Shown: in pieces, positions 1 to 13,500 of the stretch
Layout of the letters: the number at the start of each line of letters is the position of its first letter
Position numbering within the stretch: the stretch's first letter is position 1
DNA from: the human T2T-CHM13v2.0 reference genome, Homo sapiens
Assembly (NCBI RefSeq): GCF_009914755.1
Contig: NC_060925.1
Strand: one strand, 5' to 3'
DNA: 64,000 nucleotides
Notes under the pieces: generated by a model
What the model was told of the DNA's origin: nothing
Databases searched by the model: none
The model's input: the letters and a program-made list of their open reading frames with translations, nothing else
Made by a program: the position numbers and the translations under genes

Positions 1-293
1 AAACGGAATTATCGAATGGAATCGAAGAGAATCATCGAATGGACCCGAATGGAATCATCTAATGGAATGGAATGGAATAATCCATGGACTCGAATGCAAT
101 CATCATCGAATGGAATCGAATGGAATCATCGAATGGACTCGAATGGAATAATCATTGAACGGAATCGAATGGAATCATCATCGGATGGAAATGAATGGAA
201 TCATCATCGAATGGAATCGAATAGAATTATGGAATGAAATCCAGTGTGATCATCATCGAATGGACCCGAATGGAATCATCATCCAACGGAAGC

Positions 294-304
294 TAATGGA
301 ATCA
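294..304 (+). promoter_or_regulatory. DUX4-type double-homeobox motif TAATGGAATCA (site 1, recurs once per unit)
   Basis: Matches the degenerate DUX4 consensus TAAYBBAATCA, in context GAAGCTAATGGAATCAAC. DUX4 binding and activation of HSATII is established; occupancy of this copy is not shown by sequence. Confidence 0.45.
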
Positions 305-1052
305 ACATCGAATGAATCGAATGGAAACACCATCGAATTGAAACGAATGGAATTATCATGAAATTGAAATGGATGGACTCATCATCGAATGGATTCGAAT
401 GGAATCATCGAATAAAATTGATTGAAATCATCATCCAATGGAATCGAATGGTATCATTGAATGGAAACGAATGGAATCATCATCAGATGGAAATGAATGG
501 AATCGTCATAGAATGGAATCGAATGGATTCATTGAATGGAATCAGATGGAATCATCGAATGGACTGGAATGGAATCATTGAATGGACTCGAAAGGGATCA
601 TGATTGAATGGAATTGAATGGAATCATCGAATGGTCTCGATTGGAATCATTATCAAATGGAATCGAATGGAATCACCGAATAGAATCGAATGGAACAATC
701 ATCGAATGGACTCAAATGGAATTATCCTCCAATGGAATCGAATGGAATTATCGAATGCAATCGAATGGAATTATCGAATGCAATCGAATAGAATCATCGA
801 ATGGACTCGAATGGAATCATCGAATGGAATGGAATGGAACAGTCAATGAACTCGAATGGAATCATCATTGAATGGAATCGAATGGAATCATCGAGTGGAA
901 TCGAATGGAATTATGATCAAATGGAATCGAATGTAATCATCATCAAATGGAATCAAAAATAACCATCATCAATTGGTATTGAATGGAATTGTCATCAAAT
1001 GGAATTCAAAGGAATCATCATCAAATGGAACCGAATGGAATCCTCATTGAAT

Positions 1053-1520
1053 GGAAATGAAAGGGGTCATCATCTAATGGAATCGCATGGAATCATCATC
1101 AAATGGAATCGAATGGAATCATCATCAAATGGAATCTAATGGAATCATTGAACAGAATTGAATGGAATCGTCATCGAATGAATTGAATGCAATCATCGAA
1201 TGGTCTCGAATGGAATCATCTTCTAATGGAAAGGAATGGAATCATTGCATAGAATCGAATGGAATTATCATCGAATGGAATCAAATGGTATCAACACCAA
1301 ACGGAAAAAAACGGAATTATCGAATGGAATCAAAGAGAATCTTCGAACGGACCCGAATGGAATCATCTAATGGAATGGAATGGAATAATCCATGGACTCG
1401 AATGCAATCATCATCGAATGGAATGGAATGGAATCATCGAATGGACTCGAATGGAATAATCATTGAACGGAATCGAATGGAATCATCATCGGATGGAAAC
1501 GAATGGAATCATCATCGAAT
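1053..1520 (+). repeat. Internal 468-bp sub-repeat, copy A (example)
   Basis: Starts GGAAATGAAAGGGGTCATCATCTAAT and parses into 19 monomers (11x26 + 6x23 + 2x22 = 468). A-type markers: AACAGAATTG, GAATGCAATC, TTCTAATGGAAAGG, GGTATCAACACCA, AATCTTCGAACGG. Confidence 0.93.
1137..1147 (+). promoter_or_regulatory. DUX4-type double-homeobox motif TAATGGAATCA (site 2, recurs once per unit, in sub-repeat A only)
   Basis: Context GGAATCTAATGGAATCATTG. The paralogous position in sub-repeat B reads AAATGGAATCA and does not match. Confidence 0.45.
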
Positions 1521-1988
1521 GGAAATGAAAGGAGTCATCATCTAATGGAATTGCATGGAATCATCATAAAATGGAATCGAATGGAATCCACATCAAATGG
1601 AATCAAATGGAATCATTGAACGGAATTGAATGGAATCGTCATCGAATGAATTGACTGCAATCATCGAATGGGCTCGAATGGAATCATCTTCAAATGGAAT
1701 GGAATGGAATCATCGCATAGAATCGAATGGAATTATCATCGAATGGAATCGAATGGAATCAACATCAAACGGAAAAAAACAGAATTATCGTATGGAATCG
1801 AAGAGAATCATCGAATGGACCCGAATGGAATCATCTAATGGAATGGAATGGAATAATCCATGGACTCGAATGCAATCATCATCGAATGGAATCGAATGGA
1901 ATCATCGAATGGACTCGAATGGAATAATCATTGAACGGAATCGAATGGAATCATCATCGGATGGAAATGAATGGAATCATCATCGAAT
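1521..1988 (+). repeat. Internal 468-bp sub-repeat, copy B (example)
   Basis: Starts GGAAATGAAAGGAGTCATCATCTAAT, exactly 468 bp after copy A. About 13-15 diagnostic substitutions versus A counted by eye (AACGGAATTG, GACTGCAATC, TTCAAATGGAATGG, GGAATCAACATCA, AATCATCGAATGG). Confidence 0.93.
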
Positions 1989-2777
1989 GGAATCGAATAG
2001 AATTATGGAATGAAATCCAGTGTGATCATCATCGAATGGACCCGAATGGAATCATGATCCAACGGAAGCTAATGGAATCAACATCGAATGAATCGAATGG
2101 AAACACCATCGAATTGAAACGAATGGAATTATCATGAAATTGAAATGGATGGACTCATCATCGAATGGATTCGAATGGAATCATCGAATAAAATTGATTG
2201 AAATCATCATCGAATGAAATCGAATGGTATCATTGAATGGAATCGAATGGAATCATCATCAGATGGAAATGAATGGAATCGTCATAGAATGGAATCGAAT
2301 GGATTCATTGAATGGAATCAGATGGAATCATCGAATGGACTGGAATGGAATCATTGAATGGACTCGAAAGGGATCATTATTGAATGGAATTGAATGGAAT
2401 CATCGAATGGTCTCGATTGGAATCATTATCAAATGGAATCGAATGGAATCACCGAATAGAATCGAATGGAACAATCATCGAATGGACTCAAATGGAATTA
2501 TCCTCAAATGGAATCGAATGGAATTATCGAATGCAATCGAATGGAATTATCGAATGCAATCGAATAGAATCATCGAATGGACTCGAATGGAATCATCGAA
2601 TGGAATGGAATGGAACAGTCAATGAACTCGAATGGAATCATCATTGAATGGAATCGAATGGAATCATCGAGTGGAATCGAATGGAATTATGATCAAATGG
2701 AATCGAATGTAATCATCATCAAATGGAATCAAAAATAACCATCATCAATTGGTATTGAATGGAATTGTCATCAAATG

Positions 2778-4530
2778 GAATTCAAAGGAATCATCATCAA
2801 ATGGAACCGAATGGAATCCTCATTGAATGGAAATGAAAGGGGTCATCATCTAATGGAATCGCATGGAATCATCATCAAATGGAATCGAATGGAATCATCA
2901 TCAAATGGAATCTAATGGAATCATTGAACAGAATTGAATGGAATCGTCATCGAATGAATTGAATGCAATCATCGAATGGTCTCGAATGGAATCATCTTCT
3001 AATGGAAAGCAATGGAATCATCGCATAGAATCGAATGGAATTATCATCGAATGGAATCGAATGGTATCAACACCAAACGGAAAAAAACGGAATTATCGAA
3101 TGGAATCGAAGAGAATCTTCGAACGGACCCGAATGGAATCATCTAATGGAATGGAATGGAATAATCCATGGACTCGAATGCAATCATCATCGAATGGAAT
3201 GGAATGGAATCATCGAATGGACTCGAATGGAATAATCATTGAACGGAATCGAATGGAATCATCATCGGATGGAAACGAATGGAATCATCATCGAATGGAA
3301 ATGAAAGGAGTCATCATCTAATGGAATTGCATGGAATCATCATAAAATGGAATCGAATGGAATCAACATCAAATGGAATCAAATGGAATCATTGAACGGA
3401 ATTGAATGGAATCGTCATCGAATGAATTGACTGCAATCATCGAATGGTCTCGAATGGAATCATCTTCAAATGGAATGGAATGGAATCATCGCATAGAATC
3501 GAATGGAATTATCATCGAATGGAATCGAATGGAATCAACATCAAACGGAAAAAAACGGAATTATCGAATGGAATCGAAGAGAATCATCGAATGGACCCCA
3601 ATGGAATCATCTAATGGAATGGAATGGAATAATCCATGGACTCGAATGCAATCATCATCGAATGGAATCGAATGGAATCATCGAATGGACTCGAATGGAA
3701 TAATCATTGAACGGAATCGAATGGAATCATCATCGGATGGAAATGAATGGAATCATCATCGAATGGAATCGAATAGAATTATGGAATGAAATCCAGTGTG
3801 ATCATCATCGAATGGACCCGAATGGAATCATCATCCAACGGAAGCTAATGGAATCAACATCGAATGAATCGAATGGAAACACCATCGAATTGAAACGAAT
3901 GGAATTATCATGAAATTGAAATGGATGGACACATCATCGAATGGATTCGAATGGAATCATCGAATAAAATTGATTGAAATCATCATCAAATGGAATCGAA
4001 TGGTATCATTGAATGGAATCGAATGGAATCATCATCAGATGGAAATGAATGGAATCGTCATAGAATGGAATCGAATGGATTCATTGAATGGAATCAGATG
4101 GAATCATCGAATGGACTGGAATGAAATCATTGAATGGACTCGAAAGGGATCATTATTGAATGGAATTGAATGGAATCATCGAATGGTCTCGATTGGAATC
4201 ATTATCAAATGGAATCGAATGGAACAATCATTGAATGGACTCAAATGAAATTATCCTCAAATGGAATCGAATGGAATTATCGAATGCAATCGAATGGAAT
4301 TATCAAATGCAATCGAATAGAATCATCGAATGGACTCGAATGGAATCATCGAATGGAATGGAATGGAACAGTCAATGAACTCGAATGGAATCATCATTGA
4401 ATGGAATCGAATGGAATCATCGAGTGGAATCGAATGGAATTATGATCAAATGGAATAGAATGTAATCATCATCAAATGGAATCAAAAATAACCATCATCA
4501 ATTGGTATTGAATGGAATTGTCATCAAATG
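2778..4530 (+). repeat. Variant unit, 1753 bp (23-bp deletion near 4212-4224)
   Basis: Anchor spacing 2938 to 4691 is 1753. TCACCGAATAGAATCGAATGGAA is missing between ...GGAATCGAATGGAA and CAATCATTG. Confidence 0.92.
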
Positions 4531-7500
4531 GAATTCAAAGGAATCATCATCAAATGGAACCGAATGGAATCCTCATTGAATGGAAATGAAAGGGGTCATC
4601 ATCTAATGGAATCGCATGGAATCATCATCAAATGGAATCGAATGGAATCATCATCAAATGGAATCTAATGGAATCATTGAACAGAATTGAATGGAATCGT
4701 CATCGAATGAATTGAATGCAATCATCAAATGGTCTCGAATGGAATCATCTTCTAATGGAAAGGAATGGAATCATCGCATAGAATCGAATGGAATTATCAT
4801 CGAATGGAATCGAATGGTATCAACACCAAACGGAAAAAAACGGAATTATCGAATGGAATCGAAGAGAATCTTCGAACGGACCCGAATGGAATCATCTAAT
4901 GGAATGGAATGGAATAATCCATGGACTCGAATGCAATCATCATCGAATGGAATCGCATGGAATCATCGAATGGACTCGAATGGAATAATCATTGAACGGA
5001 ATCGAATGGAATCATCATCGGATGGAAATGAATGGAATCATCATCGAATGGAAATGAAAGGAGTCATCATCTAATGGAATTGCATGGAATCATCATAAAA
5101 TGGAATCGAATGGAATCAACATCAAATGGAATCAAATGGAATCATTGAACGGAATTGAATGGAATCGTCATCGAATGAATTGACTGCAATCATCGAATGG
5201 TCTCGAATGGAATCATCTTCAAATGGAATGGAATGGAATCATCGCATAGAATCGAATGGAATTATCATCGAATGGAATCGAATGGAATCAACATCAAACG
5301 GAAAAAAACGGAATTATCGAATGGAATCGAAGAGAATCATCGAATGGACCCGAATGGAATCATCTAATGGAATGGAATGGAATAATCCATGGACTCGAAT
5401 GCAATCATCATCGAATGGAATCGAATGGAATCATCGAATGGACTCGAATGGAATAATCATTGAACGGAATCGAATGGAATCATCATCGGATGGAAATGAA
5501 TGGAATCATCATCGAATGGAATCGAATAGAATTATGGAATGAAATCCAGTGTGATCATCATCGAATGGACCCGAATGGAATCATCATCCAACGGAAGCTA
5601 ATGGAATCAACATCGAATGAATCGAATGGAAACACCATCGAATTGAAACGAATGGAATTATCATGAAATTGAAATGGATGGACTCATCATCGAATGGATT
5701 CGAATGGAATCATCGAATAAAATTGATTGAAATCATCATCGAATGGAATCGAATGGTATCATTGAATGGAATCGAATGGAATCATCATCAGATGGAAATG
5801 AATGGAATCGTCATAGAATGGAATCGAATGGATTCATTGAATGGAATCAGATGGAATCATCGAATGGACTGGAATGGAATCATTGAATGGACTCGAAAGG
5901 GATCATTATTGAATGGAATTGAATGGAATCATCGAATGGTCTCGATTGGAATCATTATCAAATGGAATCGAATGGAATCACCAAATAGAATCGAATGGAA
6001 CAATCATCGAATGGACTCAAATGGAATTATCCTCAAATGGAATCGAATGGAATTATCGAATGCAATCGAATGGAATTATCGAATGCAATCGAATAGAATC
6101 ATCGAATGGACTCGAATGGAATCATCGAATGGAATGGAATGGAACAGTCAATGAACTCGAATGGAATCATCATTGAATGGAATCGAATGGAATCATCGAG
6201 TGGAATCGAATGGAATTATGATCAAATGGAATCGAATGTAATCATCATCAAATGGAATCAAAAATAACCATCATCAATTGGTATTGAATGGAATTGTCAT
6301 CAAATGGAATTCAAAGGAATCATCATCAAATGGAACCGAATGGAATCCTCATTGAATGGAAATGAAAGGGGTCATCATCTAATGGAATCGCATGGAATCA
6401 TCATCAAATGGAATCGAATGGAATCATCATCAAATGGAATCTAATGGAATCATTGAACAGAATTGAATGGAATCGTCATCGAATGAATTGAATGCAATCA
6501 TCGAATGGTCTCGAATGGAATCATCTTCTAATGGAAAGGAATGGAATCATCGCATAGAATCGAATGGAATTATCATCGAATGGAATCGAATGGTATCAAC
6601 ACCAAACGGAAAAATACGGAATTATCGAATGGAATCGAAGAGAATCTTCGAACGGACCCGAATGGAATCATCTAATGGAATGGAATGGAATAATCCATGG
6701 ACTCGAATGCAATCATCATCGAATGGAATGGAATGGAATCATCGAATGGACTCGAATGGAATAATCATTGAACGGAATCGAATGGAATCATCATCGGATG
6801 GAAACGAATGGAATCATCATCGAATGGAAATGAAAGGAGTCATCATCTAATGGAATTGCATGGAATCATCATAAAATGGAATCGAATGGAATCAACATCA
6901 AATGGAATCAAATGGAATCATTGAACGGAATTGAATGGAATCGTCATCGAATGAATTGACTGCAATCATCGAATGGTCTCGAATGGAATCATCTTCAAAT
7001 GGAATGGAATGGAATCATCGCATAGAATCGAATGGAATTATCATCGAATGGAATCGAATGGAATCAACATCAAACGGAAAAAAACGGAATTATCGAATGG
7101 AATCGAAGAGAATCATCGAATGGACCCGAATGGAATCATCTAATGGAATGGAATGGAATAATCCATGGACTCGAATGCAATCATCATCGAATGGAATCGA
7201 ATGGAATCATCGAATGGACTCGAATGGAATAATCATTGAACGGAATCGAATGGAATCATCATCGGATGGAAATGAATGGAATCATCATCGAATGGAATCG
7301 AATAGAATTATGGAATGAAATCCAGTGTGATCATCATCGAATGGACCCGAATGGAATCATCATCCAACGGAAGCTAATGGAATCAACATCGAATGAATCG
7401 AATGGAAACACCATCGAATTGAAACGAATGGAATTATCATGAAATTGAAATGGATGGACTCATCATCGAATGGATTCGAATGGAATCATCGAATAAAATT

Positions 7501-10500
7501 GATTGAAATCATCATCCAATGGAATCGAATGGTATCATTGAATGGAAACGAATGGAATCATCATCAGATGGAAATGAATGGAATCGTCATAGAATGGAAT
7601 CGAATGGATTCATTGAATGGAATCAGATGGAATCATCGAATGGACTGGAATGGAATCATTGAATGGACTCGAAAGGGATCATGATTGAATGGAATTGAAT
7701 GGAATCATCGAATGGTCTCGATTGGAATCATTATCAAATGGAATCGAATGGAATCACCGAATAGAATCGAATGGAACAATCATCGAATGGACTCAAATGG
7801 AATTATCCTCCAATGGAATCGAATGGAATTATCGAATGCAATCGAATGGAATTATCGAATGCAATCGAATAGAATCATCGAATGGACTCGAATGGAATCA
7901 TCGAATGGAATGGAATGGAACAGTCAATGAACTCGAATGGAATCATCATTGAATGGAATCGAATGGAATCATCGAGTGGAATCGAATGGAATTATGATCA
8001 AATGGAATCGAATGTAATCATCATCAAATGGAATCAAAAATAACCATCATCAATTGGTATTGAATGGAATTGTCATCAAATGGAATTCAAAGGAATCATC
8101 ATCAAATGGAACCGAATGGAATCCTCATTGAATGGAAATGAAAGGGGTCATCATCTAATGGAATCGCATGGAATCATCATCAAATGGAATCGAATGGAAT
8201 CATCATCAAATGGAATCTAATGGAATCATTGAACAGAATTGAATGGAATCGTCATCGAATGAATTGAATGCAATCATCGAATGGTCTCGAATGGAATCAT
8301 CTTCTAATGGAAAGGAATGGAATCATTGCATAGAATCGAATGGAATTATCATCGAATGGAATCAAATGGTATCAACACCAAACGGAAAAAAACGGAATTA
8401 TCGAATGGAATCAAAGAGAATCTTCGAACGGACCCGAATGGAATCATCTAATGGAATGGAATGGAATAATCCATGGACTCGAATGCAATCATCATCGAAT
8501 GGAATGGAATGGAATCATCGAATGGACTCGAATGGAATAATCATTGAACGGAATCGAATGGAATCATCATCGGATGGAAACGAATGGAATCATCATCGAA
8601 TGGAAATGAAAGGAGTCATCATCTAATGGAATTGCATGGAATCATCATAAAATGGAATCGAATGGAATCCACATCAAATGGAATCAAATGGAATCATTGA
8701 ACGGAATTGAATGGAATCGTCATCGAATGAATTGACTGCAATCATCGAATGGGCTCGAATGGAATCATCTTCAAATGGAATGGAATGGAATCATCGCATA
8801 GAATCGAATGGAATTATCATCGAATGGAATCGAATGGAATCAACATCAAATGGAAAAAAACGGAATTATCGAATGGAATCGAAGAGAATCATCGAATGGA
8901 CCCGAATGGAATAATCTAATGGAATGGAATGGAATAATCCATGGACTCGAATGCAATCATCATCGAATGGAATCGAATGGAATCATCGAATGGACTCGAA
9001 TGGAATAATCATTGAACGGAATCGAATGGAATCATCATCGGATGGAAATGAATGGAATCATCATCGAATGGAATCGAATAGAATTATGGAATGAAATCCA
9101 GTGTGATCATCATCGAATGGACCCGAATGGAATCATCATCCAACGGAAGCTAATGGAATCAACATCGAATGAATCGAATGGAAACACCATCGAATTGAAA
9201 CGAATGGAATTATCATGAAATTGAAATGGATGGACTCATCATCGAATGGATTCGAATGGAATCATCGAATAAAATTGATTGAAATCATCATCCAATGGAA
9301 TCGAATGGTATCATTGAATGGAATCGAATGGAATCATCATCAGATGGAAATGAATGGAATCGTCATAGAATGGAATCGAATGGATTCATTGAATGGAATC
9401 AGATGGAATCATCGAATGGACTGGAATGGAATCATTGAATGGACTCGAAAGGGATCATGATTGAATGGAATTGAATGGAATCATCGAATGGTCTCGATTG
9501 GAATCATTATCAAATGGAATCGAATGGAATCACCGAATAGAATCGAATGGAACAATCATCGAATGGACTCAAATGGAATTATCCTCAAATGGAATCGAAT
9601 GGAATTATCGAATGCAATCGAATGGAATTATCGAATGCAATCGAATAGAATCATCGAATGGACTCGAATGGAATCATCGAATGGAATGGAATGGAACAGT
9701 CAATGAACTCGAATGGAATCATCATTGATTGGAATCGAATGGAATCATCGAGTGGAATCGAATGGAATTATGATCAAATGGAATCGAATGTAATCATCAT
9801 CAAATGGAATCAAAAATAACCATCATCAATTGGTATTGAATGGAATTGTCATCAAATGGAATTCAAAGGAATCATCATCAAATGGAACCGAATGGAATCC
9901 TCATTGAATGGAAATGAAAGGGGTCATCATCTAATGGAATCGCATGGAATCATCATCAAATGGAATCGAATGGAATCATCATCAAATGGAATCTAATGGA
10001 ATCATTGAACAGAATTGAATGGAATCGTCATCGAATGAATTGAATGCAATCATCGAATGGTCTCGAATGGAATCATCTTCTAATGGAAAGGAATGGAATC
10101 ATCGCATAGAATCGAATGGAATTATCATCGAATGGAATCGAATGGTATCAACACCAAACGGAAAAAAACGGAATTATCGAATGGAATCGAAGAGAATCTT
10201 CGAACGGACCCGAATGGAATCATCTAATGGAATGGAATGGAATAATCCATGGACTCGAATGCAATCATCATCGAATGGAATCGAATGGAGTCATCGAATG
10301 GACTCGAATGGAATAATTATTGAACGGAATCGAATGGAATCATCATCGGATGGAAACGAATGGAATCATCATCGAATGGAAATGAAAGGAGTCATCATCT
10401 AATGGAATTGCATGGAATCATCATAAAATGCAATCGAATGGAATCAACATCAAATGGAATCAAATGGAATCATTGAACGGAATTGAATGGAATCGTCATC

Positions 10501-13500
10501 GAATGAATTGACTGCAATCATCGAATGGTCTCGAATGGAATCATCTTCAAATGGAATGGAATGGAATCATCGCATAGAATCGAATGGAATTATCATCGAA
10601 TGGAATCGAATGGAATCAACATCAAACGGAAAAAAACAGAATTATCGTATGGAATCGAAGAGAATCATCGAATGGACCCGAATGGAATCATCTAATGGAA
10701 TGGAATGGAATAATCCATGGACTCGAATGCAATCATCATCGAATGGAATCGAATGGAATCATCGAATGGACTCGAATGGAATAATCATTGAACGGAATCG
10801 AATGGAATCATCATCGGATGGAAATGAATGGAATCATCATCGAATGGAATCGAATAGAATTATGGAATGAAATCCAGTGTGATCATCATCGAATGGACCC
10901 GAATGGAATCATCATCCAACGGAAGCTAATGGAATCAACATCGAATGAATCGAATGGAAACACCATCGAATTGAAACGAATGGAATTATCATGAAATTGA
11001 AATGGATGGACACATCATCGAATGGATTCGAATGGAATCATCGAATAAAATTGATTGAAATCATCATCAAATGGAATCGAATGGTATCATTGAATGGAAT
11101 CGAATGGAATCATCATCAGATGGAAATGAATGGAATCGTCATAGAATGGAATCGAATGGATTCATTGAATGGAATCAGATGGAATCATCGAATGGACTGG
11201 AATGGAATCATTGAATGGACTCGAAAGGGATCATTATTGAATGGAATTGAATGGAATCATCGAATGGTCTCGATTGGAATCATTACCAAATGGAATCGAA
11301 TGGAATCACCGAATAGAATCGAATGGAACAATCATCGAATGGACTCAAATGGAATTATCCTCAAATGGAATCGAATGGAATTATCGAATGCAATCGAATG
11401 GAATTATCGAATGCAATCGAATAGAATCATCGAATGGACTCGAATGGAATCATCGAATGGAATGGAATGGAACAGTCAATGAACTCGAATGGAATCATCA
11501 TTGAATGGAATCGAATGGAATCATCGAGTGGAATCGAATGGAATTATGATCAAATGGAATCGAATGTATTCATCATCAAATGGAATCAAAAATAACCATC
11601 ATCAATTGGTATTGAATGGAATTGTCATCAAATGGAATTCAAAGGAATCATCATCAAATGGAACCGAATGGAATCCTCATTGAATGGAAATGAAAGGGGT
11701 CATCATCTAATGGAATCGCATGGAATCATCATCAAATGGAATCGAATGGAATCATCATCAAATGGAATCTAATGGAATCATTGAACAGAATTGAATGGAA
11801 TCGTCATCGAATGAATTGAATGCAATCATCGAATGGTCTCGAATGGAATCATCTTCTAATGGAAAGGAATGGAATCATCGCATAGAATCGAATGGAATTA
11901 TCATCGAATGGAATCGAATGGTATCAACACCAAACGGAAAAAAACGGAATTATCGAATGGAATCGAAGAGAATCTTCGAACGGACCCGAATGGAATCATC
12001 TAATGGAATGGAATGGAATAATCCATGGACTCGAATGCAATCATCATCGAATGGAATCGAATGGAATCATCGAATGGACTCGAATGGAATAATCATTGAA
12101 CGGAATCGAATGGAATCATCATCGGATGGAAATGAATGGAATCATCATCGAATGGAAATGAAAGGAGTCATCATCTAATGGAATTGCATGGAATCATCAT
12201 AAAATGGAATCGAATGGAATCAACATCAAATGGAATCAAATGGAATCATTGAACGGAATTGAATGGAATCGTCATCGAATGAATTGACTGCAATCATCGA
12301 ATGGTCTCGAATGGAATCATCTTCAAATGGAATGGAATGGAATCATCGCATAGAATCGAATGGAATTATCATCGAATGGAATCGAATGGAATCAACATCA
12401 AACGGAAAAAAACGGAATTATCGAATGGAATCGAAGAGAATCATCGAATGGACCCGAATGGAATCATCTAATGGAATGGAATGGAATAATCCATGGACTC
12501 GAATGCAATCATCATCGAATGGAATCGAATGGAATCATCGAATGGACTCGAATGGAATAATCATTGAACGGAATCGAATGGAATCATCATCGGATGGAAA
12601 TGAATGGAATCATCATCGAATGGAATCGAATAGAATTATGGAATGAAATCCAGTGTGATCATCATCGAATGGACCCGAATGGAATCATCATCCAACGGAA
12701 GCTAATGGAATCAACATCGAATGAATCGAATGGAAACACCATCGAATTGAAACGAATGGAATTATCATGAAATTGAAATGGATGGACTCATCATCGAATG
12801 GATTCGAATGGAATCATCGAATAAAATTGATTGAAATCATCATGCAATGGAATCGAATGGTATCATTGAATGGAATCGAATGGAATCATCATCAGATGGA
12901 AATGAATGGAATCGTCATAGAATGGAATCGAATGGATTCATTGAATGGAATCAGATGGAATCATCGAATGGACTGGAATGGAATCATTGAATGGACTCGA
13001 AAGGGATCATGATTGAATGGAATTGAATGGAATCATCGAATGGTCTCGATTGGAATCATTATCAAATGGAATCGAATGGAATCACCGAATAGAATCGAAT
13101 GGAACAATCATCGAATGGACTCAAATGGAATTATCCTCAAATGGAATCGAATGGAATTATCGAATGCAATCGAATGGAATTATCGAATGCAATCGAATAG
13201 AATCATCGAATGGACTCGAATGGAATCATCGAATGGAATGGAATGGAGCAGTCAATGAACTCGAATGGAATCATCATTGAATGGAATCGAATGGAATCAT
13301 CGAGTGGAATCGAATGGAATTATGATCAAATGGAATCGAATGTAATCATCATCAAATGGAATCAAAAATAACCATCATCAATTGGTATTGAATGGAATTG
13401 TCATCAAATGGAATTCAAAGGAATCATCATCAAATGGAACCGAATGGAATCCTCATTGAATGGAAATGAAAGGGGTCATCATCTAATGGAATCGCATGGA

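Larger units (their letters stand above)
1002..2777 (+). repeat. Representative 1776-bp higher-order unit, EcoRI to EcoRI
   Basis: GAATTC at 1002 and 2778 in the context GGAATTCAAAGG, once per unit, with the last at 62889. Other once-per-unit landmarks: GAAATCCAGTGTGATC, CGGAAGCTAATGG, GGAACAGTCAATGAAC, CAAAAATAACCATC. Confidence 0.95.

Noticed and set aside
225-260. Less repetitive-looking islands (e.g. GAAATCCAGTGTGATC, CAAAAATAACCATC, GAAAGGGGTC) as possible insertions or element remnants
   Set aside because: They are short, fit within degenerate monomers, recur in every unit, and have no target-site duplications or element termini.
408-425. AATAAA once per unit (CGAATAAAATTG) as a polyadenylation signal
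   Set aside because: The hexamer is expected in such A-rich sequence and there is no clear downstream GU/U-rich element on this strand. It would need 3'-end sequencing of HSATII transcripts for support.
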